In this document: positions 8,601 through 18,076 of the stretch, piece by piece | Layout of the letters: every line of letters begins with the position of its first letter | Numbering within the stretch: position 1 is the stretch's first letter | Assembly: GCA_038276285.1 (NCBI GenBank) | Contig: JBBPZR010000002.1 | Coordinates: forward strand, 23,454 to 87,453 | DNA: 64,000 nucleotides | From: Mycobacteriales bacterium | GTDB taxonomy: Bacteria > Actinomycetota > Actinomycetes > Mycobacteriales > QHCA01 | Reading direction: 5' to 3' | The notes under the pieces: generated by a model | Seen by the model: the letters and a program-made list of their open reading frames with translations, nothing else | The model's database searches: none | What the model was told of the DNA's origin: nothing | Made by a program: the position numbers and the translations under genes

Positions 8601-9215
8601 CTAATCGCTGCCGCATCCGATCGAGGACACGGGCCGAGACCGGGTCGTCGGCCAACCGCACCTGCGGCAGTCGCAGTCGTAGCCGAGCGCGTCGGAGCCC
8701 TCGCGCGGATCCGGCGGCCCGAACCCGTATTGCCGCCACCGGTCACTCCACCGGCGCCCACGACGCGTCGCCCAGCGGGTGAACCGCTCGAGCACCTCGT
8801 CGTCGGTGGGCAGAACGAGGTCCATAGCAGCCACCGGCACCGGCGCACCAAGCAGGGCCGCGGCACACAGCCCGGCCATCACGCACGGCGGGTCGCCGAT
8901 CGCGGCCAGCAGTTCCAGCGGCCGGACCCGCAGTTGACCGAGCCGCTCGTCGAGGGAGAGCGCCGCCGCCGCATCTATGGCCCTGTCGACGTCGGCCCAC
9001 AGGGGCTCGGTCTCGAGGCGCAGCTGCCGGCCCAGGCCGGCCAGGATGCGGCCGACCTGCTCGAGCCGGGGCACCCGGGTCCCGCGCTCGTAACCGGACA
9101 GGCTGCCTTGGCAAACGCCGCATCGGCGCGCCAACTCCTGCTGCGAGATCCCCGCGGCCTCACGCGCATCACGCAGGAGCCGACCTAACTGCCCAACGTC
9201 GGTGCCGGCCGTCAT
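8601..9215 (-). CDS. XRE-family HTH protein with an uncharacterised C-terminal domain
   Basis: The N-terminus LGRLLRDAREAAGISQQELARRCGVCQGSLSGYERGTRVPRLEQV is a classic HTH_XRE. The C-terminal half (…AAALLGAPVPVAAMDLVLPTDD…) looks like a minimal nucleotidyltransferase, but this is not certain. Confidence 0.55.
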   Translation of the reverse strand: MTAGTDVGQLGRLLRDAREAAGISQQELARRCGVCQGSLSGYERGTRVPRLEQVGRILAGLGRQLRLETEPLWADVDRAIDAAAALSLDERLGQLRVRPLELLAAIGDPPCVMAGLCAAALLGAPVPVAAMDLVLPTDDEVLERFTRWATRRGRRWSDRWRQYGFGPPDPREGSDALGYDCDCRRCGWPTTRSRPVSSIGCGSD

Positions 9216-9318
9216 GGCTCAACATCGTCGCTTCCCAGGGCAACTGACGCGAGGTCCATTCTCGCGCCTGTGGATAATCCGGCTGGGCGGCAACACTCTT
9301 CGCGAGGCGGATCGCGCA

Positions 9319-9336
9319 GCGTAGTAATTACTACGC
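9319..9336. promoter_or_regulatory. perfect 18-bp palindrome between the XRE gene and msrA (candidate operator)
   Basis: GCGTAGTAA|TTACTACGC is exactly self-complementary with an AT-rich core, in a 236-bp divergent intergenic region. Confidence 0.35.
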
Positions 9337-9451
9337 TCTGCAATGTGCGTGGGAGAGAGAAGCCCTGCGCAGATGACGAAAGTGTGACGAGGGCGCCGTG
9401 GCGGGAAGCAACGGAGCGGGCGCCCCGTTGTGGCAGCCAGGAGGTAACACC

Positions 9452-10102
9452 ATGGGACTGTTCGGACTGAAGAAGAGCACCCTGCCGGCACCCGGCGAAG
9501 CCCTGAGCGGTCGCCCGAATCCGCTACCGATCCCCGAGCGGCACGCGGTGCTCGGCACGCCGCTGCGCGAGGTGCCCGAGGGCTTCGGAGTCGCGGTCTT
9601 CGGGATGGGATGCTTCTGGGGAGCGGAGCGCATCTTCTGGCAACTTCCCGGCGTCTACTCCACGGCCGTCGGCTACGCCGGCGGTTCGACGCCCAATCCG
9701 ACGTACGAAGAGGTCTGCTCGGGGCGTACCGGGCACGCCGAGGCGGTCCGAGTGGTCTTCGACCCGGCCAAGGTCAGCTACCGCGACCTGCTCAAGGTGT
9801 TCTGGGAGTCGCACGACCCCACGCAGGGCATGCGGCAGGGCAACGACCGCGGCACGCAGTACCGTAGTGCCGTTTACACATCAGAGGAAGCGCAGGTCAG
9901 GGCGGTCGAGGAAACCCGGGCGGCGTTCGCGCCGAGTCTGAAGGCGGCCGGGTACGGCGAGATCAGCACCGAGATCGCACCGGCCGGGCCGTTCTACTTC
10001 GCCGAGGACTACCACCAGCAGTACCTGCACAAGGTGCCTGGCGGCTACTGCGGGATCGGCGGCACGGGCGTGTCCTGCCCGGTGGGTCTAGCGCGCGGCT
10101 AA
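9452..10102 (+). CDS. msrA: peptide-methionine (S)-S-oxide reductase
   Basis: The start is trimmed to ATG 9452, preceded by CCAGGAGG. The active-site motif GMGCFWGAE is present, followed by [21 protein letters not shown]. Confidence 0.9.
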   Translation: MGLFGLKKSTLPAPGEALSGRPNPLPIPERHAVLGTPLREVPEGFGVAVFGMGCFWGAERIFWQLPGVYSTAVGYAGGSTPNPTYEEVCSGRTGHAEAVRVVFDPAKVSYRDLLKVFWESHDPTQGMRQGNDRGTQYRSAVYTSEEAQVRAVEETRAAFAPSLKAAGYGEISTEIAPAGPFYFAEDYHQQYLHKVPGGYCGIGGTGVSCPVGLARG

Positions 10103-11473
10103 GAAACCGAGCACGTCCTGTCGGGTGATCACGCCGCGCGGTTTGCCGTCGTCGAGGACCACCGCCGCATCGGCCTTCTCCAGCGCCACCATGGCGGCAC
10201 TGACCGGCTCTCCGGCACCGACCAGCGGCAGCGGCGGCGACATGTGCCGCTCGAGTGAGTCGGCGAGCTGAGCCCGACCGGCGAACAGCGCGTCGAGCAG
10301 GTCACGCTCGCTGATCGAACCGACCACCTCGGCGGCCATCACCGGTGGCTCCTCCTTGACCACCGGCATCTGCGAGATGCCGTACTCGCGGAGGATGTCG
10401 ATCGCCTCACGCACGGTCTCGGTCGGATGTACGTGCACCAACTCCGGCATCACGGCGCCCTTGCGGCTCAGCACATCACCGACGAGCAGGTCACCGGGCG
10501 CGGTGAGGAACCCGTAGTCGGCCATCCAGTCGTCATTGAAGATCTTCGACAGGTAGCCGCGACCGGAGTCGGGCAGGAGTACGACGACGACGTCATCAGG
10601 GCCGCAGCCGTCGGCCACCCGCAGGGCCGCCACGGCCGCCATCCCGCACGAGCCGCCCACGAGGAGCCCCTCCTCGCGGGCCAGGCGCCTGGTCATGGCG
10701 AACGAGTCGCGGTCGGAGACCGCGAGGATCTCATCGCAGATGCCCCGGTCGTAGGTCTCGGGCCAGAAGTCCTCACCGACGCCCTCGACGAGATACGGCC
10801 GACCGCTGCCCCCGGAGTACACCGACCCCTCAGGATCGGCACCGATGACCTTGACCCGGCCGTCGGAGGCTTCCTTCAGATAGCGACCGGTGCCGCTGAT
10901 CGTGCCGCCAGTGCCGACGCCGGCGACGAAGTGCGTGATCCGGCCAGCGGTCTGCTTCCACAGCTCAGGCCCCGTGGAGAAATAGTGCGACAGCGGGTTG
11001 TTCACGTTGGCGTACTGGTTGGGCTTCCACGCGCCGTCGATCTCGCGGGTCAGCCGATCGGACACGCTGTAATAGGAATCAGGGTGCTCCGGTGCGACCG
11101 CGGTCGGGCAGACCACCACCTCGGCGCCGTAGGCCCGCAGGACACTGATCTTGTCACCGGCCACCTTGTCCGGGCAGACGAAGACGCAGGTGTAGCCCTT
11201 GCGCTGAGCGACGAGAGCCAACCCGACGCCGGTGTTGCCCGAGGTGGGCTCGACGATGGTGCCGCCCGGGCGCAGCTCTCCGGACTTCTCGGCGGCCTCG
11301 ACCATCCGTACCGCGATCCGGTCCTTGACCGACCCGCCCGGGTTGAAGTACTCCACCTTTGCCAGCACCAGTGGCGATAGGCCTTGCCTCAGGTGTGAGG
11401 TGACCGCATTGAGCTTGACCAGCGGGGTGTTTCCGACGAGGTCGATGAGCGACTCGTAGTAGTCCACTGGCAA
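10088..11473 (-). CDS. cbs: cystathionine beta-synthase (PLP domain plus C-terminal CBS pair)
   Basis: [10 protein letters not shown] and NPGGSVKDR (PLP lysine), GTGGTISG, and a C-terminal ~120 aa with two CBS-like repeats. Its 3' end overlaps the msrA 3' end convergently by 15 nt. Confidence 0.9.
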   Translation of the reverse strand: MPVDYYESLIDLVGNTPLVKLNAVTSHLRQGLSPLVLAKVEYFNPGGSVKDRIAVRMVEAAEKSGELRPGGTIVEPTSGNTGVGLALVAQRKGYTCVFVCPDKVAGDKISVLRAYGAEVVVCPTAVAPEHPDSYYSVSDRLTREIDGAWKPNQYANVNNPLSHYFSTGPELWKQTAGRITHFVAGVGTGGTISGTGRYLKEASDGRVKVIGADPEGSVYSGGSGRPYLVEGVGEDFWPETYDRGICDEILAVSDRDSFAMTRRLAREEGLLVGGSCGMAAVAALRVADGCGPDDVVVVLLPDSGRGYLSKIFNDDWMADYGFLTAPGDLLVGDVLSRKGAVMPELVHVHPTETVREAIDILREYGISQMPVVKEEPPVMAAEVVGSISERDLLDALFAGRAQLADSLERHMSPPLPLVGAGEPVSAAMVALEKADAAVVLDDGKPRGVITRQDVLGFLAAR

Positions 11474-11547
11474 AGCCTAGCCGCGCTCGCTCGACTAGCC
11501 TCCGGGGAAGGCCGGTCGGGTGGCGACATGGGGAAGGAGCCGCGGGG

Positions 11548-12573
11548 ATGAGTCGGGCAAGCCGTGCACGCCGGGTGGCGCTGGTTGCGGCCTACAGCGC
11601 GGCGGCCGTCGGGGCATCCGGCGCGATACTGCTGGGCGTCCTGATCGGCCAGGCCCGGCTGGCCCGCCGTGCCGTGGGCGAGCCCAAGTCCCAGCCACCC
11701 TCGGCCGACGGCTGGTACGGCGACAACGCCGGGGCTCCCTCCGAGGGCACGCCGCTTGTGCTCGCCCTTCTCGGCGACTCAGGCGCCGCGGGCTTCGGCG
11801 TGGAACTGCCGTACGAGACACCGGGCGCGCTGATCGCCGTGGGCCTCTCGGAGGTGACCGGGCGGCCGGTACGACTGGTCAACGCCGCCGTGGTCGGGGC
11901 CCGCTCCGCGCAACTGGGCCAGCAGGTCGCCGCGGTCGTGCCGCACGCCCCCGAGGTGGCGGTGATCATGGTCGGGGCCAACGACGTGACCCACCGGGTC
12001 CGGCCCACGACGGCGGTGCGGCACCTCTCGCGGGCCGTGGCCACACTTCGCGATGCCGGCGTGCAGGTCGTGGTCGGCACCTGCCCCGACCTGGGGACCG
12101 TCGAGCCGATCGCCCAGCCGCTGCGCCTCGTGGCACGGCGGTGGAGCCGCACACTGGCCGCGGCACAGACGATTGCCGTCGTCGAGGCCGGCGGCCGCTC
12201 GGTGTCCTTAGGTGACCTGCTCGGGCCCGAGTTCCTGGCCGCCCGGCGTGAAATGTTCAGCGCCGACCGGTTCCACCCGTCGGCGTCGGGGTACGCGAGG
12301 GTGGCCGCGACCCTGCTGCCCTCAGTGGCCGCGACGCTGGCCATGCCACTTGGTGACGACCTCGAGGAGTCAAGCATCACCGGTACGGAAGCCGTCAGTT
12401 CCCTGCTGGAGGCCGCGATCCAGGCCGCCGAGGAACCCGGCACCGAGGTGGCCGGCATCGAGGTGGCCGGTCGTGAGCGCGGCCCGTGGGGCCGCTGGGT
12501 CGTGCTGCGGCACCGGATTCGGCGGGCGACCCGCCGCCCGGCGGGCCCGCAGCCGGAGGAGTTGGTCAGATGA
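11548..12573 (+). CDS. SGNH/GDSL-family hydrolase (secreted or membrane-anchored)
   Basis: An N-terminal hydrophobic anchor, then block I LALLGDSGAAGFG, block III MVGANDV and block V DRFHPSASGY. Confidence 0.75.
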   Translation: MSRASRARRVALVAAYSAAAVGASGAILLGVLIGQARLARRAVGEPKSQPPSADGWYGDNAGAPSEGTPLVLALLGDSGAAGFGVELPYETPGALIAVGLSEVTGRPVRLVNAAVVGARSAQLGQQVAAVVPHAPEVAVIMVGANDVTHRVRPTTAVRHLSRAVATLRDAGVQVVVGTCPDLGTVEPIAQPLRLVARRWSRTLAAAQTIAVVEAGGRSVSLGDLLGPEFLAARREMFSADRFHPSASGYARVAATLLPSVAATLAMPLGDDLEESSITGTEAVSSLLEAAIQAAEEPGTEVAGIEVAGRERGPWGRWVVLRHRIRRATRRPAGPQPEELVR

Positions 12574-13352
12574 CGTTTCCGCGATCGCTCTGGAAGGCCG
12601 GCGGGCGACTGCTCGCGGCGACCGCCGCGCTCGGCGCGGGTGTCCTCGCCGTCGAGGCGGTGGCGGCATCCCTGCGCAGCGGCCTCGCGGCCGAATCCGC
12701 GCCGCCGATCAGCGACGTGCTCGGCCCCGACGATGCGCCACCGTTGCGCCTGGCGGTGATGGGCGACTCGACCGCGTCCGGCGTCGGAGTCAGCGAGCGA
12801 TCCGACACGGTCGCCGGCCGGCTGGCCGCCGCGCTGGCCGAGGACGGGTATCGGGTCACCGTCGATGGATTGGCCGTCGCGGGCTCACGGGCGGCCGATC
12901 TCGCCCCTCAGGTTTCCCGCGCGCTCTCGCACGGCTCGCCCGACATCGCCGTCATCCTGATCGGCGCCAACGACGCCACCCACTTCACCGGGCGCGGGTC
13001 GGTCACCGACGACCTGGCCACCGCTGTGCGCCGGCTGCGCACGGCGGAGGTACCCGTGATCGTCGGCAGCTGTCCGGATCTCGGCGCGGTGCGCGCCTAC
13101 CTGCAACCACTGCGTCTGCTGGCCGCCTGGCAGGGCCGCCGGATCGCCCAGGCACAGTCCCGAGGAGCTCGAGACGAAGGCGCCGTTGTCGTCGACCTGG
13201 CGGCCGAAACCGGGCCGGTGTTCCGTGCCGACCCCGGGACGCTCTCAGAGGACCTTTTCCACCCGTCCGCCGACGGGTATCGATTGTGGGCCGCGGCCCT
13301 GCTGCCCGCCGTTCGCGAGGCAGCCGCTCTAGTGGGAGGAACCCGGTCATGA
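12570..13352 (+). CDS. SGNH/GDSL-family hydrolase (paralogue of the upstream gene)
   Basis: The start is trimmed to ATG 12570 (ATGA overlap with the upstream stop). Motifs are LAVMGDSTASGVG, LIGANDAT and DLFHPSADGY. Confidence 0.75.
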   Translation: MTFPRSLWKAGGRLLAATAALGAGVLAVEAVAASLRSGLAAESAPPISDVLGPDDAPPLRLAVMGDSTASGVGVSERSDTVAGRLAAALAEDGYRVTVDGLAVAGSRAADLAPQVSRALSHGSPDIAVILIGANDATHFTGRGSVTDDLATAVRRLRTAEVPVIVGSCPDLGAVRAYLQPLRLLAAWQGRRIAQAQSRGARDEGAVVVDLAAETGPVFRADPGTLSEDLFHPSADGYRLWAAALLPAVREAAALVGGTRS

Positions 13353-14608
13353 CTGTGCCAGCCGACAGAGATGCCGTCATCGTCGCGACGGCGCGCTCAC
13401 CGATCGGCCGGGCCTTCAAAGGCTCGCTACGGGAGCTGCGTCCCGACGACCTCGCCGCCACCATCGTGCGGGCCGCCCTCGACAAGGTGCCCCAGCTCGA
13501 CCCGCACGACATCGACGACCTCATGCTCGGCTGCGGTCTGCCGGGCGGGGAACAGGGCTTCAACATGGCCCGCGTGGTGGCGATCCTGCTCGGCTACGAC
13601 GATCTCCCCGGCGTCACCGTGACCCGCTACTGCTCCTCGTCGCTGCAGACGACCCGGATGGCCTTCCACGCCATCAGGGCCGGTGAGGGCGACGTCTTCA
13701 TCAGTGCTGGTGTGGAGATGGTCAGCCGGTTCGTCCACGGCGGCTCCGACGCGCTGCCCCCCGACGCGCAGGCTCTGGTCGGCGGGCCCTGGACCAACCC
13801 GGTGTTCGGCGAGGCGCAGCAGCGCTCGAAGCAGACCGCACAGGGTGGTCACACCTGGCACGACCCGCGGCAGGACGGCGATATCCCCGACATCTACCTC
13901 GCGATGGGCCAGACGGCCGAGAATCTCGCCCAGATCAAGGGCATCACGCGCGAGATGCAGGACGAGTTCGGCGTACGCAGCCAGAACCTCGCCGAGAAGG
14001 CGATCGTCAACGGCTTCTGGGAACGCGAGATCACGCCGGTGACCACCCCCGCCGGTGCGGTCGTCGATCGCGACGACGGCCCGCGCCCCGGCGTCACCGT
14101 CGAGGGCGTCCGTGAGCTGAAGCCGGTGTTCCGGCCCGACGGCACGATCACGGCCGGCAACTGCTGCCCGCTCAACGACGGCGCTGCCGCCGTGGTGATC
14201 ATGAGCGCCGTCAAGGCGCGCGAACTCGGCGTCACGCCGCTGGCCCGGATCGTGTCGACCGGGGTGTCCGCCCTGTCGCCGGAGATCATGGGGCTCGGTC
14301 CGGTGGAGTCCTCCAAGCGGGCGCTGGCGCGGGCCGGCATGACGATCGGCGACATGGACCTGGTGGAGATCAACGAGGCATTCGCTGCCCAGGTGATCCC
14401 GAGCTATTCCGAGCTCGGCGTCGACATCGACCGGCTCAACGTCAACGGCGGCTCGATCGCCGTCGGCCACCCGTTCGGGATGACCGGCGCCCGGATCACC
14501 GGCACCCTGCTCAACGGCCTGCAGTTCTACGACGCGACGTTCGGCCTGGAGACGATGTGCGTCGGCGGCGGCCAGGGCATGGCGATGGTGCTGGAGAGGC
14601 TGAGCTAG
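13349..14608 (+). CDS. acetyl-CoA C-acetyltransferase (thiolase)
   Basis: The start is trimmed to ATG 13349 (ATGA overlap). Motifs are [29 protein letters not shown] (active Cys), [26 protein letters not shown] and CVGGGQGMA. Confidence 0.9.
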   Translation: MTVPADRDAVIVATARSPIGRAFKGSLRELRPDDLAATIVRAALDKVPQLDPHDIDDLMLGCGLPGGEQGFNMARVVAILLGYDDLPGVTVTRYCSSSLQTTRMAFHAIRAGEGDVFISAGVEMVSRFVHGGSDALPPDAQALVGGPWTNPVFGEAQQRSKQTAQGGHTWHDPRQDGDIPDIYLAMGQTAENLAQIKGITREMQDEFGVRSQNLAEKAIVNGFWEREITPVTTPAGAVVDRDDGPRPGVTVEGVRELKPVFRPDGTITAGNCCPLNDGAAAVVIMSAVKARELGVTPLARIVSTGVSALSPEIMGLGPVESSKRALARAGMTIGDMDLVEINEAFAAQVIPSYSELGVDIDRLNVNGGSIAVGHPFGMTGARITGTLLNGLQFYDATFGLETMCVGGGQGMAMVLERLS

Positions 14609-14725
14609 ACGGCGGGGCAGGCGGCCTGGCTCGGGCAGGCCTCTGTGCAGACCGTTCGTCCCACACAGTCCCCGTCTGCGCGATGTCGGTTTGTTGCTTG
14701 GGTGGAGCAAACCGACAGCGAGCTC

Positions 14726-14817
14726 GGGGCAGTCGGCCGCGCGCGGAGTCGGGCGCGCGCGGAGTCGGGCGCGGGCGGCGTCGGGCGCGCGCGGAGTCGG
14801 GCGCGAGGGAGTCGGCC
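14726..14817. repeat. intergenic 16-bp tandem repeat (about 5-6 copies of GCGCGGAGTCGGGCGC)
   Basis: Units lie at 14741-56, 14757-72, 14773-88 (variant GGGCGGCGTCGGGCGC) and 14789-804, with degenerate flanking copies. They sit between convergent genes ending at 14608 (+) and 14851 (-). Confidence 0.85.
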
Positions 14818-14850
14818 TTGGTGGGGCTCGTAGCGCCCTCGCAGCGCTGC

Positions 14851-15258
14851 CTAGACCCGCTGGCGTGCGGGACAATCGGCCGCGGCCTGGCGTAGCAGGT
14901 CGGGCGGCGACCGGGCGCCGTCGATCTCGGCCCGATGCAACAACACCTCGGCCAGAGCGGCCCGCACGACGCCGTCGGGTGGCTCGGCCAGCACCAGATC
15001 GTAGGCGGTGACCGCGATCTGGTCGGGCAGGGAGAGATCGGATGCCAGCCGCGGGACCCGCTGCCGGGGCCGGCCCTCCGCGTCGGCGCCCAGGTCGGCC
15101 AGCACCTGCACCAGGTGGTGGGCCACGCCGGCGCAGGTGGTCGACGTCGACAGGAGATCCGGCAGTGGCCGGGGGGCCGCGGCCCACCGCGATGCCGGCC
15201 ACCCGGCCACCGCCGCGCGCAGACGTCCGGTGTGCCGCAGCAGCAGTTCCGTCGACAT
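14851..15258 (-). CDS. hypothetical protein (about 135 aa)
   Basis: The ORF is trimmed to ATG 15258 (MSTELLLRHTGRL...). I recognise no motif. It is called coding only from length and codon bias. Confidence 0.4.
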   Translation of the reverse strand: MSTELLLRHTGRLRAAVAGWPASRWAAAPRPLPDLLSTSTTCAGVAHHLVQVLADLGADAEGRPRQRVPRLASDLSLPDQIAVTAYDLVLAEPPDGVVRAALAEVLLHRAEIDGARSPPDLLRQAAADCPARQRV

Positions 15259-15275
15259 GCCACGATCGTGGCATG
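15256..15275. promoter_or_regulatory. perfect 20-bp palindrome containing both divergent start codons
   Basis: CATGCCACGA|TCGTGGCATG. CAT at 15256-58 is the ATG of the minus-strand gene, and ATG at 15273-75 is the start of the PPOX-like gene. Confidence 0.4.
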
Positions 15276-15686
15276 GACCTTGAAGAAGCCCGGACAATCG
15301 TCCGTAGCCAGCATCACGCCGTGCTTGCCACCAGCCGCCGCGACGGCACCCCGCAGATGTCTCCGGTCGCCGCCACGGTGGACCCCGAGGGGCGGGTGGT
15401 CGTCAGCAGCCGCGAGGCGGCGTACAAGGTGCGCAACCTGCGCCGCGACCCGCGGGCCTGGCTATGCGTCCTGCCCGACGGGTTCTTCGGCGGGCAGTGG
15501 ATCCAGGTCGAGGGGCTGGCGGAGATCGTGTCGCTGCCGGAGGCGATGGAACCGTTGATGGACTACTACCGCTCGGTGGCCGGCGAGCATCCGGACTGGG
15601 CCGACTATCGGGCTGCAATGGAGCGGGAGCAGCGGGTGGTCATCCGGATTTCGCCCACCCGGGCCGGGCCGGACCACAGCGGCTAG
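15273..15686 (+). CDS. PPOX-class (pyridoxamine 5'-phosphate oxidase-like) probable F420-dependent enzyme
   Basis: Trimmed to MDLEEARTIVRSQHHAVLATSRRDGTPQMSPV..., which is the typical N-terminus of the actinobacterial PPOX class. 137 aa. Confidence 0.75.
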   Translation: MDLEEARTIVRSQHHAVLATSRRDGTPQMSPVAATVDPEGRVVVSSREAAYKVRNLRRDPRAWLCVLPDGFFGGQWIQVEGLAEIVSLPEAMEPLMDYYRSVAGEHPDWADYRAAMEREQRVVIRISPTRAGPDHSG

Positions 15687-15698
15687 CCCGGTCCGTGG

Positions 15699-16490
15699 TC
15701 AGTTCCGGAGGTATCCCAGCAGCCGCAGGATCTCCAGGTAGAGCCAGACGAGGCCCACGACGATCCCGAAGGACGCGTACCACGCGTAGCGCTCCGGAGC
15801 GCCCGCCCGCACGCCCTTCTCGATGGCGTCGAAGTCGAGCACGAAGGTCAGCGCCGCGACCGCGATGCACACCAGGCTGAAGCCGATCGCGAGCGGCCCA
15901 CCGGCCCGAAGGCCGAGCCCGTCGCCGCCACCGATCCAGCTAGCGAGCAGGTTGACCACCATGAGGACCACGACGCCGATCAGGGCGCCCATCAGCCACC
16001 GGGTGAAGCGCGGCGTCGCCCGGACCCAGCGAGCGCGGTAGGCGATCACCATACCGCCGAACACCCCCGCCGTGCCGAGCACCGCCTGCATCACGATGCC
16101 GTGATAGGCGGTTTCGTACAGCCGGCTGATCCCGCCGAGAGCGACACCCTCGACGGCGGCGTAGGCAAGGATCAGCGCCGGGTTGGTGGACTGGCGGAAG
16201 ATGACCACCAGGGCGAGCACGAGGCCCACGATCGCGGCCGTCAGGACCAGGGCATACCCGGCATCGCGCAGCCCGAACCAGGTGGCCGCGCCGGTCAGCG
16301 CGACCATGCCGAGCAAGGCCAGCGTGCGCACCACGACGTCGTCGACGGTCATCGTGCGCTCGTGCGGCGGCGCGTAGGCCGGCTGGTCGTAGGACTGCTG
16401 CAGCTCCGCCGGGGTCATGTCGCGGAAGGTCGCGAGCCGCTGTCCTCGGCCCCACTCGCTGCGGTTCAGCGCGGGATTGTTGCTCTTCAC
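15699..16490 (-). CDS. Bax inhibitor-1/YccA family membrane protein
   Basis: 263 aa. The N-terminus is MKSNNPALNR, followed by 7 TM segments and a C-terminal charged tail (EILRLLGYLRN) typical of the BI-1 family. Confidence 0.85.
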   Translation of the reverse strand: MKSNNPALNRSEWGRGQRLATFRDMTPAELQQSYDQPAYAPPHERTMTVDDVVVRTLALLGMVALTGAATWFGLRDAGYALVLTAAIVGLVLALVVIFRQSTNPALILAYAAVEGVALGGISRLYETAYHGIVMQAVLGTAGVFGGMVIAYRARWVRATPRFTRWLMGALIGVVVLMVVNLLASWIGGGDGLGLRAGGPLAIGFSLVCIAVAALTFVLDFDAIEKGVRAGAPERYAWYASFGIVVGLVWLYLEILRLLGYLRN

Positions 16491-16539
16491 GAAATCTCCC
16501 TATACCGATGTATCGTCCCAGCGATTACAACGCCGGCGC

Positions 16540-18033
16540 TCACCGTACCGTTCCGCGAGCGGTGAAGGCGGCCGCCAGCCGCGGCCACAGCTCGGGCGGC
16601 GCAAGCGCCAGGACCTCGTCGCCGGCTCGAAGCACGGTGTCCCCTCGTACGGGAAGCAGCTTCCCGTCGCGGATAACGAAGCTCACCCGGACGTCGTCCC
16701 AGAGGTCGGTGAGGTCGGTGAGGTCGGTGAGGTCGGCCAGGGTGCTGCCGTCGGCCGGCGCGGCGGCATCGATGGTGAACCGGTGGACTCCGTGCGGCTC
16801 GTCGCGCAGGCGCACGCCGAGCGCCCACGGTTCGGGTTCGACGGTGCGCATCGGCACCCGCAGGAGGCGCGCGACGGTCGGGACGGTGCTGCCCTGCACG
16901 AGTACGGAGAAGGCGACGACGACCACCACGATGCCGTACAGCCGCTGCGCACCGGGCACTCCCGCGCCGAGCAGGAAACCGCCGAGCAGGATCGGCACCG
17001 CGCCCTTCAGCCCGGCCCACAGGATGAAGGCACGCTCGTTGCGGGCCAGGCCGAAGGGCAGCAGGCAGGCCCCGACCACGAGTGGCCGCACGACGAAGGC
17101 CAGCGCCGCACCGAGCACCAGGCCGGGCACCCACACCTGCGCCCGAGTGAGCACGCCGAGGTCGACGGTCAGGCCGAGGACGAGGAAGGCGACGATCTCG
17201 CCCAGGCTGGCCAGCGCCGAGTGAAACCGCTCGATCTCCCGCTTGTACGGCGAAGGGCCGTCTCCGAGCAGGATGCCGGCGATGAACACCGCCAGGAAGC
17301 CCGACCCGTGGGCCACCGTGGCCGCGCCGAAGATCAGCATGGCCCCGGCCAGCGTGCGCAGCGGGTAGAGGCCCTCGCTCGGCAGCGCGGTGTGCCGCAT
17401 GAACCACCGCAGCGCCCACCCGCCGGCCAGCCCGACCGCGCCGCCGACCGCCATCTGCAGGGCGAACACACCGCCCACGTCTAACAGCGGCCCGGCGCCG
17501 ACGGCCCCCGCGCCGATGAGGCCGGCCATGAGCGCAATGCCGACCGGGTCGTTGGCGCCGGACTCCCCCTCGAGAATGGTGCCGCTGCGGCCGGAGACCT
17601 CACGCTTTCCCAGTACGGCGAACACGACCGCTGGATCGGTCGGCGCGATCGCCGTACCGATCAGCAGCGCGACCCACCAGTTGAAGCCGAACACCAAATG
17701 GGCCAGCAACCCGAGCGCCGCGGCGGTCACGAATGTGCCGGCCACCCCGGCCAGCGCAACCGGCCCGGTCGCCGCCCGCAACCGCGACCAGCCGATGTGC
17801 ATCCCGCCGTTGAACAGGATGACGACCAGGGCAACGGTGACCAGCCGCTCGACGGTCCGGTGCGGCACCTCGTGCAGCGTCGGGACGACATGGGCGGCGA
17901 CCGCCGACCCCGCGAGGAAGAACATCGGCGCGGGCACCCGCAGATGCTCGCTGAGCCGGTTGGAGAGCACCGCGAGTAGTCCGGCGGCGGCAACCACGAG
18001 GACCAGCAGGCCGAACGGCTCGACGTCACTCAT
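16540..18033 (-). CDS. cation:proton antiporter (CPA1, Na+/K+-H+ exchanger) with a C-terminal TrkA-C-like domain
   Basis: About 400 aa of TM domain with the APTDPAVV motif, then a soluble tail RLRDEPHGVHRFTIDAAAP.DGSTLADL...DGKLLPVRGDTVLRAGDEVLAL. Confidence 0.85.
   Translation of the reverse strand: MSDVEPFGLLVLVVAAAGLLAVLSNRLSEHLRVPAPMFFLAGSAVAAHVVPTLHEVPHRTVERLVTVALVVILFNGGMHIGWSRLRAATGPVALAGVAGTFVTAAALGLLAHLVFGFNWWVALLIGTAIAPTDPAVVFAVLGKREVSGRSGTILEGESGANDPVGIALMAGLIGAGAVGAGPLLDVGGVFALQMAVGGAVGLAGGWALRWFMRHTALPSEGLYPLRTLAGAMLIFGAATVAHGSGFLAVFIAGILLGDGPSPYKREIERFHSALASLGEIVAFLVLGLTVDLGVLTRAQVWVPGLVLGAALAFVVRPLVVGACLLPFGLARNERAFILWAGLKGAVPILLGGFLLGAGVPGAQRLYGIVVVVVAFSVLVQGSTVPTVARLLRVPMRTVEPEPWALGVRLRDEPHGVHRFTIDAAAPADGSTLADLTDLTDLTDLWDDVRVSFVIRDGKLLPVRGDTVLRAGDEVLALAPPELWPRLAAAFTARGTVR
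16702..16737. repeat. in-frame 9-bp tandem repeat (4 copies) inside the antiporter gene
   Basis: GAGGTCGGT occurs four times and encodes (LTD)n: ...ADLTDLTDLTDLWDD. Confidence 0.9.
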
Positions 18034-18076
18034 GCTGGGTCACACATGGGTCGAGCCCGCTCCGCTCTGCCGGGAG

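Noticed and set aside
10088-10102. 15-nt convergent overlap of the msrA and cbs 3' ends
   Set aside because: This is real but commonplace in compact actinobacterial genomes. The same applies to the CTAG-shared stops of vapC and the PH-domain gene at 6937-6940. Nothing suggests special regulation.
12212-14608. 798-aa ORF spanning the second SGNH gene region and the thiolase
   Set aside because: The first ~380 codons are Arg/Gly/Pro-rich with no motif and lie out of frame over the real SGNH gene. It is a high-GC stop-free artefact. The real thiolase starts at ATG 13349, with an ATGA overlap to the upstream gene.
13427-15274. 615-aa minus-strand ORF antisense to the thiolase
   Set aside because: Its composition is Arg/Gly/Pro/His-rich low complexity with no recognisable domain, and it is fully antisense to a gene with clear thiolase motifs.
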